From the NCBI GenBank assembly GCA_051859245.1, contig JBHYGA010000005.1, positions 577,313 through 641,312 of the forward strand: a stretch of DNA of 64,000 nucleotides. Direction: 5' to 3'. Below are positions 20,477-31,900 of the stretch, in pieces (position 1 is the stretch's first letter; the number at the start of each line of letters is the position of its first letter). A program made the position numbers and the translations under genes. The stretch comes from Gemmatimonadaceae bacterium. GTDB lineage: Bacteria; Gemmatimonadota; Gemmatimonadetes; Gemmatimonadales; Gemmatimonadaceae. Under the pieces are notes generated by a model. The model did no database searches. It was not told where the DNA came from and saw only the letters and a program-made list of their open reading frames with translations.

Positions 20477-21574
20477 TTGGCTTCAGCAGGATTTGTGACT
20501 ATACACCTGTCCGCTCTCCGCGATCGCCTGAATGACGCATTGACTCGCGCCACCGAGGTGGAGTCGCAACTCGCCGATCCGGCCGTCACGGGCAATGCGA
20601 CGCGATTTGCCGCGCTCGGACGTGAGCACCGTCGGCTCGCGGCGGTGGTGGAGCACGCGGCTCGCCTCGATCGCGTAGCGCATGAACTCGAGGGCTCGCG
20701 GGAACTGGCCGAGAGTGACGACGCCGAGTTCGCCAACGAAGCGCGCGCCGACGTGGAGCGACTCGAAGCCGAGCAGGAAGCGCTGGAGAAATCGCTGCTG
20801 CCGTTGCTGATCCCTCGTGATCCCCTCGACGACCGGCCCGCGATTGTCGAAATTCGTGCGGGAACAGGCGGTGATGAAGCCGCCCTCTTTGCCGCCGATT
20901 TGCATCGCATGTACTCGCGCTACATCGAACGACGCGGTTGGCGCATGGAACTCATGAGCTGGTCCGATGGCACGCTGGGCGGTGTGAAAGAAGCCGTCTT
21001 CAAGGTGCTTGGTGATGGTGCGTTCGGTGTGCTGCGATGGGAGTCAGGCGTTCACCGTGTGCAACGCGTTCCGGCCACCGAGAATCAGGGACGCATTCAC
21101 ACGTCGGCCGCCACCGTCGCGGTGCTGCCGGAGGCGGAAGAAGTCGACGTGCGCATTGAAGACAAAGACCTGCGCATTGATGTCTTTCGCTCGTCAGGTC
21201 CCGGTGGACAGAGCGTCAATACCACCGACTCGGCCGTGCGCATTACGCACATTCCCACGGGCATCGTGGTCAGTCAGCAGGATCAGAAATCGCAGTTGCA
21301 AAACAAGATGAAAGCGATGGAAGTGCTGCGCTCACGTCTGCTCGATCTGCGCTTGTCAGAACTCGAAGCCGAACGTTCACGCATGCGCAAATCACAGGTG
21401 AGCACGGGTGATCGTTCGGCCAAAATTCGCACGTATAATTTTCCGCAGGGTCGCGTGACGGATCATCGCATTGGTCTCACGCTGTACGACATTGATCGTG
21501 TAATGGAGGGTGATCTGGCGCCGTTTGTCGACGCGCTGGCACTCGCCGACGCCGAGGAACGCTTGCGCGCGTGA
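20477..21574 (+). CDS. prfA: Peptide chain release factor 1
   Basis: [17 protein letters not shown] (PxT motif), [16 protein letters not shown]; start uncertain (TTG 20477 or GTG 20495). Confidence 0.97.
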   Translation: MASAGFVTIHLSALRDRLNDALTRATEVESQLADPAVTGNATRFAALGREHRRLAAVVEHAARLDRVAHELEGSRELAESDDAEFANEARADVERLEAEQEALEKSLLPLLIPRDPLDDRPAIVEIRAGTGGDEAALFAADLHRMYSRYIERRGWRMELMSWSDGTLGGVKEAVFKVLGDGAFGVLRWESGVHRVQRVPATENQGRIHTSAATVAVLPEAEEVDVRIEDKDLRIDVFRSSGPGGQSVNTTDSAVRITHIPTGIVVSQQDQKSQLQNKMKAMEVLRSRLLDLRLSELEAERSRMRKSQVSTGDRSAKIRTYNFPQGRVTDHRIGLTLYDIDRVMEGDLAPFVDALALADAEERLRA

Positions 21575-22488
21575 TGCGGACGCTCGCTGAACTGCTGGAG
21601 TCCACGGCGCACACATTGCGCGCCTTGGATCACGTACTTGATGACAACATGCGCACCGACCTCGCGCGCGCACGCGCAAAGGCGCGTGAGTTGTTCGCCG
21701 TGGTGCAACAACGGTCGGTGTCGGCCGTCGCGTTGGCCGCGTATCAGCAAGAGCATGTGAGCGAGGAGACAGAAACGCGCGTGCGAGAAATCGTGGCGCG
21801 TTTGCAAACGGGGATGCCGTTCGCGTATGCGACGGGATTGGCAGCGTTTCGGCATCTCGAGCTGGCCGTTGATCCGCGTGTGCTCATACCGCGTCCGGAA
21901 ACAGAACTGCTGTTGGACCACGTGTTGTCCCTCCGCGCTGGCGTGTCTGGTGGGCTGGTGGCGGACATTGGCACCGGCAGCGGGGCGATCGCACTGTCGC
22001 TGGCGCAGGAGGCCAGCTTCGCGCGTGTGATCGCGACTGACATTTCTCACGACGCACTCACCGTGGCGCGCGAGAATGCCGAGCGCGTGGCCGCGCAGTT
22101 GCGCACGCCGGTGGAGTTTCGACTCGGCGCGGATTTGGCGCCTCTCGAGGGTATGACGTTGGCGATGCTGGTCTCGAACCCGCCGTATATCGCGCCGCAG
22201 GAATCGGCGGCGCTGCCAGCGGCGGTACGCGACTGGGAGCCCGCGCTGGCGCTCTACGCCGACGAAGGCGGCATGGCGCGGTATCGGGCCTTGCTGGAGG
22301 GTGCCCCCGAGGTACTTGAGGACGGCGGCTGGATCGTGCTCGAGCTCGACAGCACGCGGGCGGAGCAAACGGCCCAGCTCGCCGCTCAGACGGGCGCGTA
22401 CACGGGTATTTCGGTGTACAACGACCTCACGGGTCGTCCCAGAATTCTGGTGGCGCAGCGGCGACGCGGCAAACCGAACGCGCTGTAA
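21571..22488 (+). CDS. prmC: Release factor glutamine N5-methyltransferase
   Basis: [23 protein letters not shown]; follows prfA. Confidence 0.96.
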   Translation: MMRTLAELLESTAHTLRALDHVLDDNMRTDLARARAKARELFAVVQQRSVSAVALAAYQQEHVSEETETRVREIVARLQTGMPFAYATGLAAFRHLELAVDPRVLIPRPETELLLDHVLSLRAGVSGGLVADIGTGSGAIALSLAQEASFARVIATDISHDALTVARENAERVAAQLRTPVEFRLGADLAPLEGMTLAMLVSNPPYIAPQESAALPAAVRDWEPALALYADEGGMARYRALLEGAPEVLEDGGWIVLELDSTRAEQTAQLAAQTGAYTGISVYNDLTGRPRILVAQRRRGKPNAL

Positions 22489-22576
22489 TTCACTATGTTT
22501 CGTGAATTGGACGACGCATCATCGGTCCTGCGCCGAACACGCGTCGTCCGCTCACTTGTACCTGGAGTCGTTTGAC

Positions 22577-22930
22577 ATGCTCGAGGAAAAGGCACGCGAT
22601 GTGGGTCGGCTGATCGGCCAGAGCGATGAGTACAAAGCGGTCAAGCGCTCAAGCGAAGCGCTCTCGGCGGACAGCGAAGCGAGCACCATGCTGCGTCGCA
22701 TGGAAGCGATCCGACAGGAAGCGCAGCAGATGATCGATCGGGGCGAGCAGCCTGGCGAGTCGATGGAGCAGGAGCTCGACGGTCTGCTCGAGCGCGTGCA
22801 GGTGAATCCGGCGTATCAGCGGGCGGTCGTGGCGCAGGACAACTTCGACAAGCTCATGCTGCGCGTGAACCAGTGGATTGCCGATGGCATCAAGGTGGGT
22901 GCGACGTCGTCGATTATTACGCTGGGCTGA
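22577..22930 (+). CDS. YlbF/YmcA-like family helical protein
   Basis: 117 aa, all-helical: EKARDVGRLIGQSDEYK...NP.YQ...AQ..FDKLM..VN..I; GGAG RBS. Confidence 0.7.
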   Translation: MLEEKARDVGRLIGQSDEYKAVKRSSEALSADSEASTMLRRMEAIRQEAQQMIDRGEQPGESMEQELDGLLERVQVNPAYQRAVVAQDNFDKLMLRVNQWIADGIKVGATSSIITLG

Positions 22931-22935
22931 ATCGC

Positions 22936-23610
22936 GTGTCGTCTCGCGGGCTTCTGCTGGTACTCGAAGGTGGGGAAGGGGTGGGCAAAACCACCCAATG
23001 GCAGCGGCTCGCGGATCGACTCACGCAGGCAGGACAGGATGTGCGCGCACTGCGTGAACCCGGCGGCACGCCGGCTGGTGACGTGATCCGGGAATTGCTG
23101 CTGAACCCGCGTCACTCGCTCACACCAACCGCGGAAGCACTGCTCTTCGCCGCGTCGCGCGCCGAGTTGGTCGAGCGTGAGCTCACGCCAGCGCTCGAAA
23201 GTGGGGCGGTGGTATTGCTCGACCGGTACCTGTTGTCGACGTACGTGTATCAGGGGATCGCACGGGGACTGCGCATGGACGGGCTGCGCAGTATCAACGC
23301 CTTCGCGACCGGCCATCTGATTCCCGACCTCACGCTCCTGCTTGCGCTGCCGCTCAACGAGGCGATGGCGCGAACGCAGGCGCGCGGCGCGCCGGACCGG
23401 CTGGAGCAGGAAGCACGTACATTCCACGAGCGGGTGCAGACCGGATTTCAGTTGGCCACGGGTAATGCGTGGCAGGCTGAGTATCCGGAGTGTGGTCCGA
23501 TTGTGAGCGTGAGTGCACACGGGACACCAGACGAAGTGTCTGAACGTTGTATGCAGGTGCTCGGTGCGCGCTGGCCCGATCGGTTTGGCGCGACCGTCGT
23601 GCTCCGCTAG
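22936..23610 (+). CDS. tmk: Thymidylate kinase
   Basis: EGGEGVGKTT, REPGGT, EALLFAASR, DRY..ST..YQG, DRLE. Confidence 0.96.
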   Translation: MSSRGLLLVLEGGEGVGKTTQWQRLADRLTQAGQDVRALREPGGTPAGDVIRELLLNPRHSLTPTAEALLFAASRAELVERELTPALESGAVVLLDRYLLSTYVYQGIARGLRMDGLRSINAFATGHLIPDLTLLLALPLNEAMARTQARGAPDRLEQEARTFHERVQTGFQLATGNAWQAEYPECGPIVSVSAHGTPDEVSERCMQVLGARWPDRFGATVVLR

Positions 23611-23650
23611 TGCCGTTCGCCGTTCTCCTTTTCTTCCGCAACTGAATCGA

Positions 23651-25273
23651 ATGCGCGCTCGCGCGATTATCGCGTCCCTGTTCTTTGGCACTGCGCTCGG
23701 CGTTGGCGGCTGGTGGCTCACCCAGCAGCCGAAGGAGGAGGTCGCCCTGGCGCCGCTTCCCTCGCCGGAAAATGGCGCGGTGCTCTTTGAGCAGGTGTAT
23801 CGCTACATCGCCACACAGTATGTCGATTCTGTGCCGCTCGATTCGTTGTATCGCAAGGCGGTGGCCGGACTCGTCACTGAGCTGAACGATCCGTACTCCG
23901 CGTTCCTGCCCGAAACACGCGCGCGTCGTCTGTCTGAACAGATGTCTGGCGCGTATGGCGGCGTGGGGGTGCAGTTGGATGTGCGCGACGGCCGTGCGCT
24001 CGTGATTGAACCGGTGCCGGGTGCACCAGCGGAACGCGCCGGTGTGCAGGTGGGTGATCGCATCCTCGCGGTTGATGGTGAATCCACGGCCGGACTGCAG
24101 CGGGAAGAAGTGGCGCGCATGCTGCGAGGTGCGCCGGGTTCAAAAGTTGACGTCGAGCTTGAGCGGTTTGGAGAGCATCGTATATCGCTCACGCTCACGC
24201 GTCAGTCTGTGACGCTGCGCTCGGTTCCGCGCGTGGTGATGCTGCAGCAGGACGTTGGTTACCTGGATGTGAATTCCTTCAGTGCAAACACCGCGGCCGA
24301 AGTCAGCCTGGCACTGGATTCACTCAAGCGTCTTGGCGCGCGTAGTGTGGTGCTCGACTTGCGCGGCAATCCCGGCGGCTTGCTCGAACAGGGCGTGGCC
24401 GTGGCGGAGCTGTTTCTCGACCGGGACAAGCGCATCGTGGAGTTGCGTGGCCGACCCGGCACGGCGCCTGAGACCATGAACGATAGCGCGCCGCAGCCGT
24501 GGCCAACTGTTGCGGTCGCGGTGCTTGTCGATGGCAACAGCGCCAGCGCATCAGAGATCGTAGCCGGTGCGTTGCAGGATCACGATCGCGCGATTGTGGT
24601 TGGACGGACGTCGTACGGCAAGGGCAGCGCGCAGTCCGTGTTCCCCATGACCACAGGCGGATCACTGCGCATCACGACATCCCGCTGGTACACACCGCTC
24701 GGTCGCAGCATCTCGCAGCTTGCCGACTCGAGCGCGGGTGGTGAGAATGGTCCACGCGCCGACACCACACGTCCGCGTTTCACAACGCCCATGGGGCGAA
24801 CCGTGTTTGGTGGCGGTGGCATCGTGCCTGACGTGATCGCCGGTGACTCAACGTTGCCCAATAACGTGCAGGCATTGGTGCGTGCACTTGGCCCGAACAC
24901 CGTGCAGTATCGAAATGCCGTGTCGAATGTGGCGCTCAAGTTCAAGCAACGCGGTGCGCTCACGGCCCCGTTGCAACCCGTAACGCGCGACATGGTCGCG
25001 TCCGTGTGGGATGAGCTCGTGTCGCGTAACGTCAAAATTGAACGCGCGGTGTTCGATTCCGCTGCGCCATGGATCGCGCGCGCGCTGGGCTACGAGGTAG
25101 CACGCGTGACATTCGGCGCAGACGCGGAGTTTCTGCGTCGTGCACAGGATGACGCGGTGATCGCGCGTGCCGTGCGCTTGTTGAACGGTGTGTCATCACC
25201 GCGCGAACCATTTGCTCGCGCGGAAGATCCCAGCATTATTGTGCCCGCGCGTACACCAACGCTCGACGATTGA
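23651..25273 (+). CDS. Carboxyl-terminal processing protease (S41A, PDZ domain)
   Basis: LNDPYS, GGVG PDZ motif, LDLRGNPGG, SASASEI, YGKGSAQ; N-terminal TM segment. Confidence 0.95.
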   Translation: MRARAIIASLFFGTALGVGGWWLTQQPKEEVALAPLPSPENGAVLFEQVYRYIATQYVDSVPLDSLYRKAVAGLVTELNDPYSAFLPETRARRLSEQMSGAYGGVGVQLDVRDGRALVIEPVPGAPAERAGVQVGDRILAVDGESTAGLQREEVARMLRGAPGSKVDVELERFGEHRISLTLTRQSVTLRSVPRVVMLQQDVGYLDVNSFSANTAAEVSLALDSLKRLGARSVVLDLRGNPGGLLEQGVAVAELFLDRDKRIVELRGRPGTAPETMNDSAPQPWPTVAVAVLVDGNSASASEIVAGALQDHDRAIVVGRTSYGKGSAQSVFPMTTGGSLRITTSRWYTPLGRSISQLADSSAGGENGPRADTTRPRFTTPMGRTVFGGGGIVPDVIAGDSTLPNNVQALVRALGPNTVQYRNAVSNVALKFKQRGALTAPLQPVTRDMVASVWDELVSRNVKIERAVFDSAAPWIARALGYEVARVTFGADAEFLRRAQDDAVIARAVRLLNGVSSPREPFARAEDPSIIVPARTPTLDD

Positions 25274-25290
25274 TTGCTGGTTGTTCGTGA

Positions 25291-26046
25291 TCAGCGCGGC
25301 GGACGCACAACCTTCACGCCCTTGGGCACCGCAAAGGTGAATCCCTTCGCGTCTACGGCCACATTTTTCTGCCACGTGGTGAGTCGAATGGTGCGCGCGA
25401 CGCCCTGATCGTCGGTGATCGCGACTTCTCGCACGCTGGCATCGGCGTCATCGACCCAGATAGTAGCGCGAGGGAAGGGCACTTCCGCGCCGGGGCGCGC
25501 AACGAGCGTTACGCCACGTGCCGGACGGCCGCTCACGGCACGTGCACCGGCATCGGTGAGCGTGTACGATTCGCGCGGCGCCTCGAGCACAGTGGCGGCA
25601 AGGTCAACACCACCCGTGCCACCTTCGCCCGCCGCCATGCGCATGACCTGACCGGGCGCTGAGCTTGGGATGTACACCCAGAGCGATTTACCGTCGGAGA
25701 CAATGCGATCGCCCGCCGGATCCGTGAACGTCACGTTAATGCGACCCGGCTTGCGTTGCTGCAACGAGCCACGCGAGAGCAGCGTGCGGTTCGTGAGCGG
25801 ATTCTTGATTTCCTGCACAAAATCGGCGCGTGCGGTGCGCACGGTGGCGTACTCGGCACGTGCGCGTGCAAGCACCGCCGCGGGATCTGCCCCCTGCGCG
25901 GCGACGGACTGTGCGGACGCGAGCACCGCAAAGCTGAGTACGGCCGCGCTGCGCGTAAGGGTGCGCGTGATCGTACGCGTGATCGCCGGCGTGATCGTGC
26001 GCGTGATCGAACGCGGACTCGTACGCGAACTCATGCGCGTGCTCAC
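25291..26046 (-). CDS. lolA: Outer membrane lipoprotein carrier protein LolA
   Basis: Signal peptide; [21 protein letters not shown]...QV, FTF.VPKGV. Confidence 0.88.
   Translation of the reverse strand: MSTRMSSRTSPRSITRTITPAITRTITRTLTRSAAVLSFAVLASAQSVAAQGADPAAVLARARAEYATVRTARADFVQEIKNPLTNRTLLSRGSLQQRKPGRINVTFTDPAGDRIVSDGKSLWVYIPSSAPGQVMRMAAGEGGTGGVDLAATVLEAPRESYTLTDAGARAVSGRPARGVTLVARPGAEVPFPRATIWVDDADASVREVAITDDQGVARTIRLTTWQKNVAVDAKGFTFAVPKGVKVVRPPR
25953..26046. repeat. Degenerate 12-bp tandem repeat (gcgtgatcgtac-like, about 8 units) in the lolA 5' end
   Basis: Encodes [20 protein letters not shown] tetrapeptides. Confidence 0.8.
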
Positions 26047-27095
26047 GCGACCGCCGCTGGTGCGAGATCCGGGGCCGTGGCAATGCTCCGACCAATGGCG
26101 GTGGCGATCGGACGCAACTGCTGAACAAGTGCGGCAAACTGCTCCGGATACAGCGACTGCGCGCCATCGGACAGCGCCTTATCGGGCTGCGGATGCACTT
26201 CGATGAGCACACCGTCGCTGCCCGCCGCAACCGCCGCACGCGCCATGGGGGTGACCTTGTCACGCAGTCCCGTACCATGACTCGGATCGGCAACGATTGG
26301 CAAGTGCGAGAGTTTCTGCACCACGGGAATGGCGGTGAGGTCGAACAGATTGCGTGTGGCCGAATCGAACGTGCGCACGCCGCGCTCGCACAAAATCACG
26401 TGGGGATTGCCCTCGGCGAGAATGTACTCCGCACTCAACAACAGATCGTTGATCGTGGCCGCCATGCCGCGCTTGAGCAACACGGGTTTGCCGATCTTGC
26501 CTACGTGCCGCAACAGCGAATAGTTCTGCATGTTGCGCGCGCCGATCTGAATGCAGTCGGCGTATTCGGCCACCAGATCTGCACCACGTTCGTCCATGGC
26601 TTCGGTGACAATTGCGAGCCCGGTTTCGCGACGCGCCAGTGCGAGCAGTTCGAGTCCCTGCTTGCCCATGCCCTGAAACGCGTACGGCGACGAGCGAGGC
26701 TTGAACGCACCACCACGCAGGGCCGACGCACCGCCGGCCTTGACCGCGTGCGCGGACGCCAGAATCTGCTCCTCGCTTTCTACGGAGCACGGTCCGGCCA
26801 CAATGGTGATTTCCGGTCCACCAAAACGCACACCGGGCGCGATCTCCACGATGGTGTTCTCCGGCTTCCACTCGCGCGAGACCTGGCGGTACGGCTTCTG
26901 CACAATGAGCACGCTGGCCACGCCAGGCAGCGCTTCGATGTAGGACCAATCCGCTTTGCTGTCATCGCCAAGCAGGCCGATTGCCATGCGAACAGCACCC
27001 GGCATCGGCAGCGGCTTGAAGCCCTGTCGCGTGATTTCTTCACACACACGATCGATTTCAGCCGCTGACGCGGCCGGCTGCATTACTACCAGCAT
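26043..27095 (-). CDS. aroF: DAHP synthase (class I-beta with N-terminal regulatory domain)
   Basis: [51 protein letters not shown]. Confidence 0.95.
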   Translation of the reverse strand: MLVVMQPAASAAEIDRVCEEITRQGFKPLPMPGAVRMAIGLLGDDSKADWSYIEALPGVASVLIVQKPYRQVSREWKPENTIVEIAPGVRFGGPEITIVAGPCSVESEEQILASAHAVKAGGASALRGGAFKPRSSPYAFQGMGKQGLELLALARRETGLAIVTEAMDERGADLVAEYADCIQIGARNMQNYSLLRHVGKIGKPVLLKRGMAATINDLLLSAEYILAEGNPHVILCERGVRTFDSATRNLFDLTAIPVVQKLSHLPIVADPSHGTGLRDKVTPMARAAVAAGSDGVLIEVHPQPDKALSDGAQSLYPEQFAALVQQLRPIATAIGRSIATAPDLAPAAVA

Positions 27096-27104
27096 GCGAA
27101 CTCC

Positions 27105-27863
27105 TCAGAGATCAATGGACCACCCGTCTGTTGCCAGCACCACGGAACCGCCAAACTGCGCGGCCACCAAGGCTGTGATGTCGACCGCTTCAACGGGAGA
27201 ATAAAAGTGAGATAACACCAGCAAACCAGGATGTGCGATCGCCGCCAGCTCGCCAGCTTGCGTTGGCGTGAGATGCGATGGGATGGCCATCGCCTCTGGC
27301 AGCGAACACTCGGTGAGCAACACATCGCTCCCCGCGGCCCATTCGCCGAGTGAGGCGTCGAAGCCTGTGTCGCCCGTATACACAATGCGCCGCGTTCCCT
27401 CAGTGATCGAATATGCCACGCTCTGAGGGGTGTGCGGCACCTTTCGCGAGGAGAGGCGCAGCTCGGTCCCGATCGGCAGTGCGTCCTCCCCCTCCAACTC
27501 GATCACCTCTAACAGGTACCCCGGAGCGTGCAGCCAGGTGCCGAACACGAGCGCCAGCCGGTCCATGAGGTCCCGCATGCCAGGGGGCCCGATCACCTGC
27601 AGCGGCTCGCTGCGCGGTGGCAGCTGCCCGTACTTGAACGCGTAGCACAGCATCGCCAGATCGGCAATGTGGTCACCGTGAAAGTGCGTGATGGCCACGT
27701 GGGAGATACGCGTCCACGGCAGCGCGAGCGCGGCCAGACGATGCACCACGCCGCTGCCGCAGTCGAGCAGCAGTACCGCGTCGGGTGACTCGATCAGGTG
27801 CCCCGCGCACACGCGTGTTGGATGCGGCGCCACCGTACCGGTTCCAACGGTGGTCAGGCGCAT
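27105..27863 (-). CDS. MBL-fold metallo-hydrolase, RNase Z/AtsA-like
   Basis: VGTG, LLDCGSG, THFHGDH, YTGDT, ECS, HLT, LSHFY. Confidence 0.88.
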   Translation of the reverse strand: MRLTTVGTGTVAPHPTRVCAGHLIESPDAVLLLDCGSGVVHRLAALALPWTRISHVAITHFHGDHIADLAMLCYAFKYGQLPPRSEPLQVIGPPGMRDLMDRLALVFGTWLHAPGYLLEVIELEGEDALPIGTELRLSSRKVPHTPQSVAYSITEGTRRIVYTGDTGFDASLGEWAAGSDVLLTECSLPEAMAIPSHLTPTQAGELAAIAHPGLLVLSHFYSPVEAVDITALVAAQFGGSVVLATDGWSIDL

Positions 27864-28933
27864 CAGCGACCGCGAAAGAGAATGCGGCGCACGATCGGCG
27901 CGCTGCCGTTGGCCCGGAATCGCGCCAGATACACACCTGGCGGCACAGGACGGCCGTCACTCGCCGTGCCGTCCCAGATGAATCGGTTGTCGCAGTTGCT
28001 GCCAGTGCCGGGCGCGCCGCGGCCGTACCGTCCGGCCGGGAAGAGCTCCTGGCCATCAGGCGCCGGCACGATCTTGCGGACGGGCGTGCCGCGCAGATCG
28101 AGAATCTCGAGCGAAATGCGCGCGCCAGGCTCACCCACATCAAACCAGAAACACGTAGAGAATGACGCCGCGTTGGGAAACGGATTGGGAAAGTTCTGGT
28201 AGATCAACGTGGACGTGGGCAGCGGCGGATCGATAATCACAAACGATCCAGGGCTGTTCACGGTGACGCGTTCCGTTAATCCGACCAAACGTGCGTCGAG
28301 ACGCCAGCGGTACGACGTGTTCGCCTGCAGTGGCGAGGGAAGTCGCAGCAACGTGTCGGTGAGATTCGACGCACCAAACACCACCACACCATTCGACAGC
28401 ACCTCGAGGTCGTAACGCCACGGGCCCGGGCCGGTGTCTACGCGCGGCGATCGCCAGCGAAACAGTGGTTGGCGCGTGTCCACGATATCACCCTGTGGCG
28501 ATGCGGGATCCACCATGGTCACCCACGGCGGTACCACACGCGGTCCGGTAATATCAGAAATTGCGGCCTGCGTTCCGCCTTCCACCAACGCGCGCCAGTA
28601 CACCGTCGCATTGCTCGGCAACGCACGCTTGATCTGCAGCGTGTGCGCGGTGTCGGTCACGAGCAGTGTCGTATCCACCAGAAACGGTGGCAGCACACCA
28701 AAGTTTTCGCTCACGCGCATGGTGATGCGAAGCGGACGTGCCGGGCCAAAGCCAAACGCTCGCACGGTGAAACGCGGTGACACGCTGGAAAGCACAATGT
28801 CTTCCGACGTTTCCACCACCACACGCGGCTGCGCCCGCAATGGTGAGGTGAGCAGCGGACAGAGCAGAAGCGCGGCCGAGGTGATGCCGAGCATCACCCC
28901 GAACGCGCGCCGCTGTCTACCACGTGGTATCAC
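27863..28933 (-). CDS. Exported protein with Ig-like domains and a C-terminal FlgD/T9SS-A-like domain
   Basis: Signal peptide; YQNFPNPF...LEILDLRG.PVR...WDGT..DGR.VPPGVY. Confidence 0.75.
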   Translation of the reverse strand: MIPRGRQRRAFGVMLGITSAALLLCPLLTSPLRAQPRVVVETSEDIVLSSVSPRFTVRAFGFGPARPLRITMRVSENFGVLPPFLVDTTLLVTDTAHTLQIKRALPSNATVYWRALVEGGTQAAISDITGPRVVPPWVTMVDPASPQGDIVDTRQPLFRWRSPRVDTGPGPWRYDLEVLSNGVVVFGASNLTDTLLRLPSPLQANTSYRWRLDARLVGLTERVTVNSPGSFVIIDPPLPTSTLIYQNFPNPFPNAASFSTCFWFDVGEPGARISLEILDLRGTPVRKIVPAPDGQELFPAGRYGRGAPGTGSNCDNRFIWDGTASDGRPVPPGVYLARFRANGSAPIVRRILFRGR

Positions 28934-31900
28934 GCGGGTTCGGAGTCGGACTCATCCGCGTCGAGGTCCGGCACAGTGGCGCCGTTGTCGTTCACCGCGG
29001 GTCCGCGCATGCGCACACTCACGATGGATGACACGCCGGGCTCCTGCATCGTGACGCCGTACACGGCATCCGCCGCTTCCGTCGTGGTGCGTGGATTGTG
29101 CGTGATCACGATGAACTGTGTGCGCGCCTTGAACTGGTTCAGCATGCGCACGAAACGACCAATGTTCTGATCGTCGAGCGGCGCGTCCACTTCGTCAAGC
29201 AAGCAGAACGGACTCGGCTTGGTGAGGAAGATGCCGAAGAGCAGCGACAATGCCACCAGCGCGCGTTCTCCGCTCGACAACAGGTGAATGCGTTGCGTGC
29301 GCTTGCCGCGCGGTGACGCGTGGATTTCAATGTCGCAGTCAAGCGGCGCGTCCGGATTCTCCAGTCGCAGATCGCACTCGCCACCGCCGAACAACGTGAG
29401 AAAAATCTGGCGGAAGTTTTCGCGCACCTGTCCAAACGTGACGAGGAACAGCTCACGCGCCGTGCTGTCGATTTCGCGAATGGCCTGATGCAGCGACTGC
29501 TTGGCGGACACCAGATCGTTGCGCTGTCCGGTCAGGAACTCAAGGCGACGCTGTTCTTCTTCGTGTTCTTCAATAGCGAGCGGATTCACCGCACCGAGCG
29601 CGTCGAGCGCATCACGCAACTCGGTGGCTTCACCGCGCAGCGTGTCGGTCTCAACGTCGAGTTCTTCGGCTTCGGCAAGCAGTTCGTCGAGCGGTCGGCG
29701 CCATTCGGTTTCCAGGCGCTGACGAATGGCTTCGCGGCGGCCAGACAAATCGGTGTGACGCAGTTCGGCGTGATGCAACGCTTCACCCACGCTCGTATGC
29801 GCACGATGCGCTTCGTCGAGCGTGCGTTCGGCGGCATCCAGCAGCTCCGATGTGGCACGTACGGACTGCTCCGACTGTGCGAGGCGCTCATCCACATCGC
29901 GCAACGCGGAACGCTGCGACTCGAGCTCGATCTGCCAGTGCCCGAGCTGTTCGGCGAGCGCCTGATCGGCTTCGGCGAGGGTACTCAGCTCCACCGCGAG
30001 CGCCGCAAGTCGCGCCGCCGCCGTGGCATCTTCTTCGTGCAACCGACGCTCGCGGTCCTGCGCGACGGACAGTCGCGCCTGCGCCTGCGCCTGCGTGACC
30101 TGCCACACCGAACGCGCTTCGCGCGCCTCTTCCAAACCCGATTCCGTCTCTGCGAGCACGCCACGGGCTTCGCTGATCGCGCTGTCCGCTTCGCCGGCAC
30201 GCGTTTCAAGCGCGTCGAGCTGTTCGCCGAGTTGCTGCGCGCGCGTGGACAGTTCGGTGGCCCGAGCGGTCAACCGTTCCGCCAGCAACGTGGACTGCTG
30301 CACTTCGCGCGTCACACGCTCAACGCGACGTTCCACTTCCCGCACCGTTTCTTCGGCGCGTCGCACTTCCTGCTGCGAGCGCGCACTGACCTCGCTGGCC
30401 TGATGCTGTGCGCGGTCGGCATCCACAAGCGCCATACGCGCGGCCTCAGAGGCCGCCTGCGCGCCTTCGCGCTCATTGGCAGCCTGCTCCAGCTTCTCAC
30501 GCAGTTTGGTCAGCTCAGCGCGACGCTGAAGCGGTCCCGGACCAACACTCGTACCGGGCAGCAGCATTGCACCACGCGCATCAATGAACGCTTCGCCATT
30601 GTCGAGCGTTTGCACGCGTCCAAGCAACGCGCGCACCCACGCCTCCGCCGGACCCGACGACTGCACCGCGGCCGCGAGATCATTGCCAGTGCCCGAGGCG
30701 CCGATGCCTTGCACCGCATCCAGCGGCAGCAGCAGCAACGGACCCGGGTTGGCGGCAGCGTGCCATTTGCGCACCGCGTCGGCGGCCGCAGCGTCGCGTA
30801 CGACCACGGCGTGCAGCGTGGCACCGAGATACCGCTCAACCAATCGCGCCGCGTCGCCGTCGGCCGTCAGGAAGTCGGTGAGCGGACCGAGCACGGCGCC
30901 CGCTTCGAGTGAATCACGATCCTTGAGCAACCGCTGTGCACTGGGCGCCAGGCCTACGCGCTCGCGCTCAAGGCGCTCGAGCGCGGCCACCTGACCTTCG
31001 AGCGACGTGTGCGTTTCCACCACGCGTGCGAGCATCGCTCGCGCCTCAGCATCGGTGGTACGCGCGGCATTCGAGGTGATGCGCGCCTGCTCCAGCGTTT
31101 GCTGCGCCTCAAGCGCTGCGCTCTGCAGCAGCGAGAGCTGTTCGCGTGCACTGATCAGTTCACGCTCGGTGGCCGCAAACTGATCATTGAGCTGCGCACG
31201 CTCACGCTCCAGCGCTTCGAGACGCTGCTGCGTTTCCGCGAGATCACGCGAAGCACCTTCGCGATCAAGCTCCAGGCGGCGCGCTTGATCCCGATGTTCA
31301 CGGGCTGCTTTCTCCAACGCCTCAAGCGACTGACGCGCGCGTTGCACCACCGCGCGGGCTTCATCTTCTGCGCTGACGCGCTCGGCAAGTGCTTCACCGG
31401 CGTCCTGCAGTTCCTGTTCAAGCGTGGTGCGATCCAGCAACGCCTTCTCGCGGTCATCGCGCATGCGCTGACCGAACGCTTCGCCCTCGGTGCGTTCCTG
31501 TTCCGCACGAGCGCGGCGCGCTTCGGTGCTGCGCTGCCGTTCTTCGGCCACGGCGAGCTCGCGCTCAAGACGCAGTGTACGCTCACGCTGCTCACTCGCG
31601 AGTCGCGACACTTCGCCGCGCTGCGCTTCGGCCGCGGAGCGTGCACCGTGCGCCTGCTCGCGCGCGGCTTCGGCGGTGCGAATCGCTTCTTCGGCGCTTG
31701 GTACATCGGCGCGCAGCGCTTCGAGCCGTTCGTCGAGCGAGGCGAGTTCTTCTTTCCACGCTTCCATCTCGCGCGTGGCGAGTGCGATTTCAACCGTGAA
31801 GCGACGCGCCATGAGTTCGGCGTGACGTTCCGCGCGGCGACGCTGACGGGAAAGCGAGCGCACCTGACTTTGCACTTCGCTGATCAAGTCATCGAGACGC

